Positions 1 through 11,100 of a stretch of DNA of 64,000 nucleotides are shown one piece after another; position 1 is the stretch's first letter; each line of letters opens with the position of its first letter. Position numbers and translations under genes: made by a program. Source of the DNA: Klebsormidium nitens (Eukaryota > Plantae > Klebsormidiophyceae); assembly GCA_000708835.1 (NCBI GenBank), contig DF236985.1, positions 186,001-250,000 on the forward strand, read 5' to 3'. The notes under the pieces are model-generated. The model worked only from the letters and a program-made list of their open reading frames with translations, ran no database searches and was not told where the DNA came from.

Positions 1-2
1 GT

Positions 3-791
3 CCTTCCGCGGCTGCTCTGAAGCTCGGCCGCAAAGGACGCGCCAGATCGGGTTCGAGCCCAAACCCATCTTCGAGCCCTAGCCCATCCGCCAGCCCTTC
101 TCCGAGCCTTAACCCGAGTCCTAACCCGAGCCCTGACCCGAGCGTTAACCCGAGTCCCAGCGCTTCTCCAGTCTCAAGCCCCGAGCCAAGCGCTAGCCCG
201 TCCCCGAGCGCCGCCAGCCCTAGCCCCTCTCCTAACCCGAGCCCTAACCCGAGCCCTAACGCGAGCCCGGCTCTGACTCCCGCCCCCACCCCGGTACCAA
301 CCGCGCAGGGAATGACCCCTTGGGGAAACGCCTTCGAGCCGTTCCAAGACCCCGGGTCAGATTACACCGAGACCGACTGCTCGACTCTCAAGAGCAGCGG
401 TAACCTGCAGACCAGCACCTCTGGCAGCGTTACGCTCTCGCTGTTCTTAACCAAGTGCTGGGTTAGCACGTCGGGGGGGAGCCCGCTCCTGCAATACCAG
501 GCCAAGATTGTGAACAGCGACCGGGAGAATTCGGTAACCGGGTTAGATCTGGACTGCTCGGCGTTGCAGCTTTGGAACCAAGAAATCTGGAACGTACAGG
601 TGTCGGCTGGAGGCGCGTGCACGCTGCCCGCGTCGCGCGTGGCCATAAACCCCGGCGGGTTTTACCACGTGTTCGGGTTCCTGACGACGGCCGCGGCCGC
701 GCCCGACGTCATCAAGATCCAAAACGTGGTGTACAGCAGTACGGTGTTGGATCCAGACTGCTCGGAGGGAAACCCGCATCCTAAGCACTGA
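3..791 (+). CDS. 3' part of a Ser/Pro-rich (SPNP/SPSP) putative cell-wall glycoprotein with a C-terminal CBM49/CBM2-like beta-sandwich; truncated at the window start
   Basis: The frame of ORF 312..791 is open from nt 3, so the listed Met is internal. It reads ...SSPNPSSSPSPSASPSPSLNPSPNPSPDPS...PSPNPSPNASPALTPAPTPVPT, then CWV...YQAKIVN...LDLD...IWNV...LP...INPG...FGFL, which matches the recalled residue spacing of plant GH9/Dictyostelium cellulose-binding modules. Stop TGA at 789-791. Confidence 0.7.
   Translation, partial: PSAAALKLGRKGRARSGSSPNPSSSPSPSASPSPSLNPSPNPSPDPSVNPSPSASPVSSPEPSASPSPSAASPSPSPNPSPNPSPNASPALTPAPTPVPTAQGMTPWGNAFEPFQDPGSDYTETDCSTLKSSGNLQTSTSGSVTLSLFLTKCWVSTSGGSPLLQYQAKIVNSDRENSVTGLDLDCSALQLWNQEIWNVQVSAGGACTLPASRVAINPGGFYHVFGFLTTAAAAPDVIKIQNVVYSSTVLDPDCSEGNPHPKH
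100..265 (+). repeat. Coding 12-bp tandem repeat (CCTAACCCGAGC-like) encoding Pro-Asn-Pro-Ser
   Basis: Repeated cctaacccgagc / ccctaacccgag units lie in frame within the SP-rich ORF. Confidence 0.75.
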
Positions 792-1836
792 CCGGATAAG
801 GGTTAAACACTGGTTTAGTGAGGTCTGACTGGCGTAGAACAGGGTAACTTATATTGACTGAAGCGCGCAAGTTGGTCAGGGATAGGGGCACAATCTCGGT
901 GCCAATTTGGCGAAGTAGGGGCTAGGACGGTTACCGTATCTCAGGTTGGTGAAAGATGAGTTTGATGTGGACGGTACCGGCGATAACTTATAGGTGGTTC
1001 GGTTTTGGAACTCTGGCCAGCGCGCTCTCCAACTGGTACGTCCCAAAGTGGAATCGTGAGTAATGTGTGACACTGCTACTGGCGGTAGGGAAGAGTATAG
1101 GAAAGACGATTGACGGGTTTCGTAGGGCAAATCCGTACGTTTATGAACTTCTGTGGAAGTTCAGCGCCGCACTGCATGGAATTGTGGCACGCACAAGGAG
1201 CTAGCCCGTTTCCTTCCTCAGACGATAGCATGCGACAACGTGAACTCAGCAATAAGCTAGAATCGTGGCTCAACTGTTTGCACATTGTCTTCACAACGGC
1301 GATCCCTGGCCTGGCTCGTTAATAGGTAGCTAGTGATTTCAATAAGAATGTTGGGGCCGTCGATGACTCATGCATGCACGTAATATGTTGAAGTAAACTC
1401 ATGGATGTCGTAATCTGAGGGTACAGGCTAGCTAAGCCTATTTAGGCCGCTTCAATGCATACACAGTACTAGAACCATCATGGTTATCTGGGCGATCACC
1501 TTTGATCATGCCGCGTATGGCGCTAACAGTATACATGCAAACGTACAGACATAACTAATCAGGATCACTATCATGCTCGACAATATTCATACGTTTTCCA
1601 TACCGCATGAAAGTAGCGCTTGGCCGGCCCGACCACAGAAAACGTGGACCGAATCGGACCGGAATCTCATCAGTGGTCAGGACGTGACGACGTACCAAGC
1701 ATCAGCACTCACGCTCAAACCTAAACGCATGACTTGGTCAAAGTGTCACACAAACGCAACAGATGAAGCGCGATGCCGAAAGGAACACAACACCGTTTAG
1801 CCAAAAAAAAAAAAGTATTTGCTGATGCTCGTTCTA

Positions 1837-4800
1837 CTATGATACTGCTGCTAGCGACTCCTGCCCCTCTCTCCGTCTCGAGATCTCAGACTCGTCAGCT
1901 ACTTTTCCCTTCAAAGAAAAGGTAAACGTGTCGACGATGTCGACATCGACGATCTTTCCGATGAGGTCTATCCCGCCCGGAATGTGGCACAGCCGATTGC
2001 CGTCAGTCCGACCAATCACCTGGCAACAGAACGAAGTGTCATGTCAAAAACTCGGTGCAAAAGCGTTGAACACTCTCGGTACTGAACACGACATTGTTGG
2101 AGGACACTGTCACCTGCCAGGTATTTCAGCGGAAGGCCTTCTTGATCGGAAACCCTGGACAATCAACGTCAACCACGAAGAAAGAACCGGCCTTGAAATG
2201 TTTCCTATTGAAGCACGCCTTTTCAGTGCGCTTGCACGGATATCCTGACGCTGGGATGGGCGCTCTTGAGGTTTGATGGTGTGCGAAAGTACCCGCCGAA
2301 AGAGCGGTCCGGATGCCAAAGAGAAGGGCTCCTCAACGCCCCTAAAACGTCACGATTGTCCGCAGGTGACAACCGGCGATTGGATTTGAGGGCCGCACAC
2401 AATGCACAAGCCGCTTGCCGATACTGCTGACCGACAATAAAACATTTTCGACAAAAGAACGCTTTCCAAGTCAACTATCTTTCCTATGTGATCCGCAACG
2501 CTTTTCAAACCATGAGAAGGAATGCGCCGCAAAGTCAAGGCTCATCCCCTGGGAACTCACCACGCCTTCCGTTTTTGGGTCCACTGCCTCCACGAGCACT
2601 TTTTCGCGCCGCCCTAGATAGCGGCGCGTCCGCTTCTCCGCCTCCTCTCGCACCACCCTGCAAACGGGTCTTATCTACCATGATTCTTATTCTGAGTGTC
2701 TAATGCTATTGATTACATTTCAAACTCTAATTCTGAAATCAGGTTCCGAAATGTAGGGGTTTCGCACCGCCTCGCAACAAAGTCTTCACGCGTTGAGATT
2801 CCTAGGTACCGGTATTTGAGATGAGGTATCAGGGAGTTTCGAAGTCTTCAGGCCGGGTCACAAGTGAAATCTGCTCGGGACTCCAACAGTTCGGGGCGAT
2901 CAAGGAAAGTGAATGCTGAAGAGGTCGATCGCTTCGTACCTCGTCTCTGAAGCTTTTCTCAGAGAACCTTCGCACCGAAGGGGCTCGAGATGACTACAAC
3001 CGCAAGCGCTTTTGAAAGGCTTCTCTTTCGAAGGCAATTGGGGTCCGAGAGAACAAACCTCACCAAGCTTGCGGGCTTTACTTCCGAGTACGTATATCAA
3101 CAGCATTGCGATGTTGTGGTGTCAAACTGGTCAGCCGCACGCACCTGTTGATCCGTTGGAGCCGGTCGGCCTTTATGAGGTCCGCGACTTGACACTCCCA
3201 ATCCGCTGCGGGCGTGTTTGGCCGTTGGGAGTAGGCTGCCGTGTTGACGGTGTCAAAGCCGAGCTCGCGCACCACCTTGACACTGTTCTGGAACTGCTCC
3301 TCCGTCTCGCCTGCACACAGGGGCGAGGAATCTTCCTTATAAGCCAAAAGTACAGAACTTTGCAATATGAAATGAAAGGACGTATAAAGCGCCGATATTG
3401 ATCTAAAGGAAGGCGAGACCACCGCTCCTCAGCCGTGGCATCGTGCGCCGTTCTTTTAGGCGGGATGAGGATACACTTGAACAGTAACGAGGAAGTTGAG
3501 GTACAGGAAGGCAGGCGGGGTTAATTCGGTGGTCAGGGCGGGTCCGGGTGCGGAGCATGTCATTTTGTCCTTAACCTTTCAGTGTTGGTTAAATCGAGGA
3601 ATCTAGCACTTCAGTCTTGAGATCCTTATCACTTATGAGGCTTATGGTTATGAGCGGGGACGCACTCAGGATGCCGAGCACTTTCAGAAGCTGGCCGCAC
3701 AAAAGGACAGTTTCCAGGCTGCCGCTGCCGCTCGTTGCGACGGTGACCTCAAGATGAGTCGCTCGCGGAACAGATTCCTCGGAAGGCCCGAAAGGTCACT
3801 TCCTTGAAAAACGCCAAAAGAGGGAACAACAACAACAAATGCTCTCCGGGGTTTGCCACTGAGAACGATAAGTTGGACTCCGATTGGACGGTGATACGCG
3901 TAAGTCGCCCAGATAGATTGTGGTCCACTCTAGCGATACGGGCCGTAGCTGTGGTTACACACTTCGTCGATCGTGCCGGCAAATAAGTTCTGGCTCGTAG
4001 AATCTGGTGGGTGTGGTTTGATGGTTTCGAAAGCTTACCCGGAAAGCCGACGATGATGTCAGTGCTGAAGGAGGCGTCCGGGATGTAGCGCCGCACCTTG
4101 GCAATGATCTCGCAATACCGCTCGATCGTGTAGCCGCGTTTCATGTCCTGGGCGCAGGCGCAACAGAAACCGTCAGCGGAGTCAAACCGAGAAAGAAGTC
4201 TGCGATTGGCAAAGAAGCATGTATCTTGCAATGAGGAGAAGGGCCCCACAATGCCAGAACGGACTTTCGTGAGCCACACTCCATCCCCATCAAACTTTTT
4301 GGAGGACGGTGACGTTTTCGTCGGTGATACGTTCGATAAGGTGTATCACGCTGAGCAGCCAAAAATGATGGTTGACAAATATCAATTGTCAGGAAAATAA
4401 AGCGGCAGGGTCATCATGGGTTGCGCTCACCTTAAGGATCTGGTTGTCGCCGGACTGGAAAGGGATGTTGAAGAACTTGCACACCTTGGGCAGCTCTGAG
4501 ATTGCCTTAATGAGCCGCTCCGAAAAGTAGCGCGGCTGGAAGGGGCATAGAGGCGCGGGATGAGCTTTCGTGGCGTTCTCTCCGGTTCGAACCCTCGACA
4601 GGCTTTGATCAGGTTTGGACGCGCAGTGGGTGAAACTTTCACTTCAGCGCTTGAAAGCGGGCCGGAAAGATGCTTCGGTTAAGTACTCCGGACCATGTTA
4701 TGCACTTTTCGATAACGATCGAGTCCCCTGCACCTCAAACCAAGCCCATAAAAACGCCATAACCCCCGAATCAACGTCAGGGCGTCTCGTCAGAAACCGT

Positions 4801-7522
4801 AAAATCGCGAGCCCCTGAACTCACATGCGAGGTGGTGAAGCGGATTCTCTCAATGCCCGGCACGTCGTGCACGTATCGCAGCAGGTCGGTGAAGGTCCAC
4901 CGCCGGCGCCCCGAGCCGTCCTCCGCGAGACCCGGCAAGTCTCGGCCGTACGCGTCGATGTTTTGGCCCAAGAGCGTCACCTCCTTGTACCTGCGCGTTC
5001 CACAATCTGTGGTCAGCCTCTGGAAAAATAAACCAGCGATATTGCCCCCCACTTTCACTCCTTCCACAAAATTTGGACCCTTGCGACTTGTCCTCTTTTG
5101 GTACAGCAGAGCTTCAATAATCCGCTCGGACGATGCTCGCAGCGAGCGTCTCTGTGAGACTGCAGTCGAAGACCAGCTTATCGCGTCACTTCGTCCGGTT
5201 GAGTCAGGGAGAACAACGCTGAACAAGCACTGCTTGATCCAAGTGATAGACTCGGTCGCACGTTCTCCCAGGCAATGGAGTTTCAAGACCGGTTTCCTCC
5301 AGCCCTGCTGTACGCAGAGGAGCACACTTTGACGACACCCAAACGAAAGCACCCATTAACCAAAAACCAGCCCCACTCAGGCTTCATCTGCATACCCTCA
5401 AGTTACGCAAGAGGGTCAGCTTCTGAACGTCAGAAAGAAAAGGTCGTAAAGCTGGCCTCACCCTGCCTCTCCAAGCGCCAGCATCTCGCGCCGGATGGCC
5501 TCGGGCTCGCGTGACTGCTCCTTGCCGCGCACCCCCGGCACTACACAATAGGTACAGCACTCGTTGCAGCCATAGATAACGTTCACCCACGCCGTCACCG
5601 CAGAGTCGCGCTTCGGCTTGGCAATGTCCTCGATGATGTGAATGGGCTCCGTCGCGCAAATCTGACTGCCCAGGTCGACCTGCAACACGAAGGTTTGCGC
5701 CTCAAAGTCGGCAGGAAAGCTGCCTCTTTCTGGTAGGCGTTATCATGCACTAAAATCCCCACGGATCTTGATTCCTTACAAGCAGATGGCAACAAGGTAC
5801 CCTTTGTATATATATGTTCCTGAAGATAACACTCAGTCCGCTAGTCACTTTCAGAAGTACCGAAAAATGCGAGAAAAACCACATGCTTTGAAACCGGAAT
5901 CTCCTTTCACAGTCCAACCGCAAACTATGCAAAAATAGAGGTCGTAACACCAGAGCACGGATCCCAATATTATAGAGACAAAATACTGCGCAGAGGCTTC
6001 TCTGGATTTTCGAACGAGACTTTTCCATGAACACGAAAATCGGGAGGAAGCCCCAGGTCTCAACAACTAAAAACAGCAGATACCACCAGTTGTGCCCTCA
6101 ATCACCCTACTGCAGAGGCTTGTTACTGCCACCCCACTGCTAAATTCTGAACGCAGGCGGGCGGGCGTGGGGGTGGCGGCGGGCTTGCCTGTTCTAGCAG
6201 CTCCTGAAGGCGGTTGGCGTGCTGCGGCCCCATGACGAGGTCCACTTGCGGAACGCGCCGCAGCAGCTGTTCGCCCTCCTGCTGCGCCACGCACCCAGCC
6301 ACAATGATGCGCATGCTCGGGTCCGTCTTCTTGCGCGGAGTCACGCGCCCGAGGTGGCTGTACACCTGAGGGAAAGAGGGTTCGAGTATTTGGGTGTAAG
6401 CGGAAGTCGTTTCCAGGTAGATGGGGGGCATTCATGGGTAAGCGGAAGTCATTTCCAGGCGGAGTGGGGGGCAGACAGCAGCATGATGGAGAACTGTGAG
6501 TGCCAGCGGAAGTCGGTTCAGGCGGAGTGGGGGGCAAAGAGCAGCATAATGGAGGACTGTGAGGGTCAGCAGAAGGGGTTGCTCGGCAGGAATGGGGTCG
6601 AGAAAGTGGCGCGATGGAAGATGGTGGACTGGGGGGACAAAGTCGAGAGCCGCGGGGCATAGCGGCAATGTGGGTGCAGATTGGGTGCAGGTGGTTGAAA
6701 TGCTGCAAGTGCGTGCACTTCCTCTGCGAGGCTGAGGGTCGAAAGCAAGGAGTGCTCCCCATCATTTCACAATTCTGCGACTTGGTGAGGGCAACAGTTC
6801 AGAATTGATAACGATGTGCCGCTGGCCCATACTACAGGTGATTGAGTACCACCTTGGCCATGCCAGCTTTCGAGGGCCTAGACCCCACGAACTTCAGTGT
6901 GGCACTTACACCACCTTCACAAACTCGACATCATGACATTGTGACCTAGAATTCTGACGTGCAGCTTCGACTTGCAGTAAGGGTTACATCGAAGACAATC
7001 TAGGGGCCTTGCGGCGCCCACCTTTTGCTCGGCCTTGTCGCGGATGCTACACGTGTTGTACACAATCACATTCGCCGTGTCCAGGTCATCCGTACTGCTG
7101 TAGCCCATGCCCTCGAGCACCCCCGCCATGCGCTCGCTGTCGGCCGAATTCATCTGACAGCCAAACGTGTGGATGAGATACTTTTTGTCGGCGGCCCCCT
7201 CCTGCACGGCAGGCCGCTGGAGCACGGTGCCCTCCTCCCCACAGAAACCGGAGCCGTCTTCCGCAGAGTTTGCAGGTGGGGCGTCAGCGAGAGTGGCCGC
7301 CGAACACCGCACGCTGTGGGTGCGCTCCGGTTTCGCCTCTCCCCCCCATTGATGGGGGAAACCGTCAGGCTGCCTCGTTCTCAGGCACTGGTTGCTCACA
7401 ATTGGGCGGAGAGGGGGCAGAAGAGACGAGACGACGGCAGTCCTGCGCGCGCCAACCGTCTTTTCCAGGCTGCCACTCCAGGCAGTCAGGCCCGGACCGC
7501 ACCGGGTGGCGGCACCTGCCAT
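1837..7522 (-). CDS. miaB: tRNA-2-methylthio-N6-dimethylallyladenosine synthase (radical SAM methylthiotransferase) with an N-terminal organellar-targeting-like extension
   Basis: Nine exons splice in frame: 7522-7022, 6365-6189, 5679-5462, 4990-4825, 4535-4431, 4147-4039, 3310-3145, 2657-2561, 2019-1837. Motifs: TFGCQMN, NTCSIR and AGCVAQ (auxiliary cluster Cys); [10 protein letters not shown] (CxxxCxxC); [10 protein letters not shown]; IPFQSGD; [10 protein letters not shown]; C-terminal TRAM (GRTDGNR...GKIVDVDI). Confidence 0.95.
6399..6575. repeat. Imperfect intronic minisatellite (units starting AGCGGAAGTC, periods about 42/64/63 bp) in miaB intron 1
   Basis: agcggaagtc..ttccagg..ggggggca recurs at about 6399, 6441 and 6505, with a partial copy at 6568. 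Confidence 0.7.
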
Positions 7523-8141
7523 TGCAAATGATCAGTGTTCGAGAGAGAGGTCTTGTCAGAATGCGGGCAAGAGAATGGAGGGGAGAACAAGGAAAGGGCA
7601 GGAACCACGACCTGGGATGACAGCCTCCCTGCAAATTCTGGTGAGTGACAAGCTGCTTTCAGAAAACCCTAATGCCGAGCCCGTAACGGTACCTATTAGA
7701 AGCAAAGAAGATGGTAATGGTCCAAGGATTGGGTACGTTACAGCAGACCCGTTAACGCCTTTTCTTGGCAACCACGTCGCCTTTCCTAATCACGTGACCC
7801 AACTTCTACGCGCGCGCTTTTAAACTCCTATTGCGAGAAACTCGTATATAACGTTTCTCAAGGGTTATATTGGGGAATTGTCGGTAATGCTGGCAGGTTC
7901 GCCGCAGGCCGGACATGTATAAAGTTATAAACCCGCTTTGTTACAACCACTTTGTCCATAACCAGATGTATTCGCACAGGATTTTACGGTCAAGCTGCGT
8001 GGCACTATAATCCCTGAATGTGAACACGCTCTGAAACATCTCTGTTTGCATGCGAAGGCGCGAGCGGGTCTCCCAGGGCCTGAGGGAGCTCCGGACATAT
8101 TCACACTTCTGCGGTCCATTGACACACAGTTTCAGCCACAG

Positions 8142-11100
8142 ATGAGAAATGGAGATGAGAGAAGAGATTCAGAAGCACAAAGCTCTTCACAGCCACCTTT
8201 GCTGCAGAAGGTTCTGTTGGCTGTAGAGTGGTGGACGGCTCAACAAGGAGGAAGCTCTGCTACAGGGGTTTCCTTCTCCCTTGAAGCCTGACGTTCAGTA
8301 GAATGTGAAGGGGGAGAGACAAATGTCAAACTTGTGGCACCGTTGCTAAAGAGTGACTCTTTGCATTCCCGACCACCTTGTTTGACCAATCTTTTGCTCT
8401 GTATTGAAAACCTGACAAACAACTTCACCTATTTGTAAACCAAGCTTGGGTTTCTAAGAGCTGTGGGCAGGTGGTCTGCGCTCGTTGCTTCCATGGACGC
8501 TGCGAGAGCTCAGCTCGATGAGGCCCTGTATTCTTCTGGTCTGCGCACTCAAGAGCAGATATGCAGACTGGTCGAGGAAAGCCGAGTCAGAAACGGGGCT
8601 TCAGCAGGTGCCCCTGGCACATCCGCTCAGGGTTCAACCAAGAAGGAGGCCTTTGCTCTTGACAAGAAAAGTGCAGAGGTTTGGGCTTTCCTGGAGGGTT
8701 TGCGAGGTGTGGCATGGAAGGAAGGGGCTGCTGATGTCAGCGGTGGTTCCGGGGCAAGCGAGTGGAAGGTTTGTCTTCAGGCCTTTTGTCGCAACCCTGT
8801 TGTGTTCCTTCTGAGACTGAGCAAAGGAGGTTACTGACCTACGTCAAGGTTGACTAGATAGAAGATTGGTGTTTTGCTGTGATTTGCCGTGGAGTGCATC
8901 TGGATAATGCTGCCATTTTGGAGCATGATATTGGAGGTCTTTTGCATTGACCACATTGTGTCTTGCGTTCTCGATTGAGATGACCAGTTGTGTTCATGTT
9001 CGACCACATCCAGATATTGGTGCGGATTGGCAGATGGTGGGGTTTTTGACGCCTCAGTCAGCATCATGCACATGGGGCTTTGATTAGCACTTCTTTGGCA
9101 GCTGCATTGCTTCGCTCGCTCTTTGCAAGCAGGTGTCAGAATAGACATGAAACAGTGTATCTTGGTTGCGTCGCTTGGGCGTCTTGACGTGAGATGATTG
9201 CACATTGTTGCAAGAGGCATAAGAAATGGAGGTCCCTCTTGCAAGAATAAAAGCAGTGCGCTCTCAGCATTGCCTTTCCTCATCATCGAGTTGAGCTTCT
9301 GCGTGTTTTAAATTCCTTGGATAAGCCTACGTAGTTGCTTAGGGTCATAGAGGCACCATTCTACGCTGATGCGGCCACTTAAGTTTATTCATTTGAAGTT
9401 AAAAAGCTATCGTAAAAGTCTGAAGAAAGAAGAACGTTAGAAGAAGAACGTTAACTGAGTATCTGTATCGTGTGACCAAGGAGGAGGTGGAAATATAAAA
9501 GTGTGGCCTAAATTGTGTTTTTAAATAAGCATAACTCGGCCCTATCCATTCCAGCATCCAGGAATTGGTAAGCAGTAGAGCAAATGTTAACATGACCTCA
9601 AAGCACTTCTTCATCAATTTGATTAGATTGGTACGTAGTAAGCACGCTGCACGCACAGTCCTCTGACTTGCTCTTTGTTAGAGCATTCCAGCCAGATCGA
9701 TCCCGAACTTGACTCCTTGAGCAGATACCTCTGAAACCAGTCTTGCTCACCTGAATGATGGCCCTGAATGATGGCCCTGAATGATGGCGCATGCTGTTGT
9801 TCTCAGGTGCACGAAAATGCTGGTGACTTCCATGTGACATACAGAGAAGCACCGGGGGACATGGCAGCGCACAATATCTGTGTTGAGGGCATGTTAAACG
9901 AGGCCACAAAGTCAGGTAAGGAAACCGGCTGTCCTACTCTACATCTGGCAAGAAGTACTTGGGGCAGATTTCTGAGACAGCCTCTACTCATCAGATGGAC
10001 CATTTTTTGCACAGTTGTTGCATGCACGTCTTGTATTTTCTCGGGAACCGGCGCTGTGAAATGCCTGCGGCATGATGCTCCAGTGGTTGCTATGCTTAGG
10101 ATGCGCCAAGAATCTACTATCTAGTGTAGTTCCTCTCTTCGACAACGCTCACAAAATGCCCTAGCTGGGTAAGCTTCATTCTGGAAGGACTGACCTCCAG
10201 AGGATTCCCAGGATTGGCAGTGCGCCAGATCGTCTGCGGTTGTAGTTCTTTTGACGCTTGCCAAAAGCTCGAGGCATGCGTCATTCTATTGAAGCGTTCA
10301 CCGCTATATTGACAGATTTTGGAAGCAGCTGGGTGGCTTCTCATGGTGATGCGGAGGGGCATCAGGTGCGTCTGCATTGTTCTGCCTATAACAAATTGCC
10401 AGATTGTTGAAGTGGAGGGGTGAAGGGAAGAGTGCAATTCACTTGGGATAGAAACCACGTCTGTCAGTAAGGATAAATAAGGTTGGTGAAAATCAAAATT
10501 GACTCCCCTTTTCTTCCCTCGATTATCCTGCTAATCATCGACACTCTGTGACAAGCTTGGTTGGGGGACTGAACCGCTCACTAGTAGGGCACTGGTTTCT
10601 GGGATCATGGTTGCATATCTATGTCCTCATCAGAATTGTTCAATGAATCCAAAAGAGGGCGTGTGGAGCGCATGCTGTTCTTTTCCAGAGAGAGCCCTCT
10701 TGATGTACCATCTCATCATACGTTTGTCTTCTTTCAAATGCATGAAGGTTGTAGACAAGAGCCGAGACTTTGCACGTTTGTTTAACGTGCTTTAGGACAG
10801 TGGGAACATGTTTTATGCCCTTGTCTTCATTGAACTTAACTGCTCGTTCTTTCTTCTCTTCAGTCGATTGTGCACACATTGAAGGCAGCACGGGCACAGA
10901 AACAGTCAGGGTGAGTTACAACTGTACAGGACAATATAGATCACACTCACAAGTAGGTAATGTAGGAAGGGGGGGCACTAAAAATGGCCTACACAGCAAA
11001 TTAGGTCAACCGACGCCATACCCAATTGTTGCTCTGGTTCGTTTGGCATGGAATTCTCAATTGCAGACACCGAATGGTTGAGCTCTTGCGCTTGGTTGAC

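Noticed and set aside
100-265. CCCTAA-containing repeats suggesting a telomere remnant
   Set aside because: The period is 12 bp (CCTAACCCGAGC) and in frame, encoding P-N-P-S. It is not a pure 6- or 7-bp telomeric array.
1803-1814. A12 tract near the miaB stop as a retroposition tail
   Set aside because: It reads as oligo-T on the miaB sense strand, the gene has introns, and there is no target-site duplication.
6067-6765. 232-aa Pro-rich minus ORF
   Set aside because: It is mostly miaB intron 1 minisatellite plus an out-of-frame read of exon 2.
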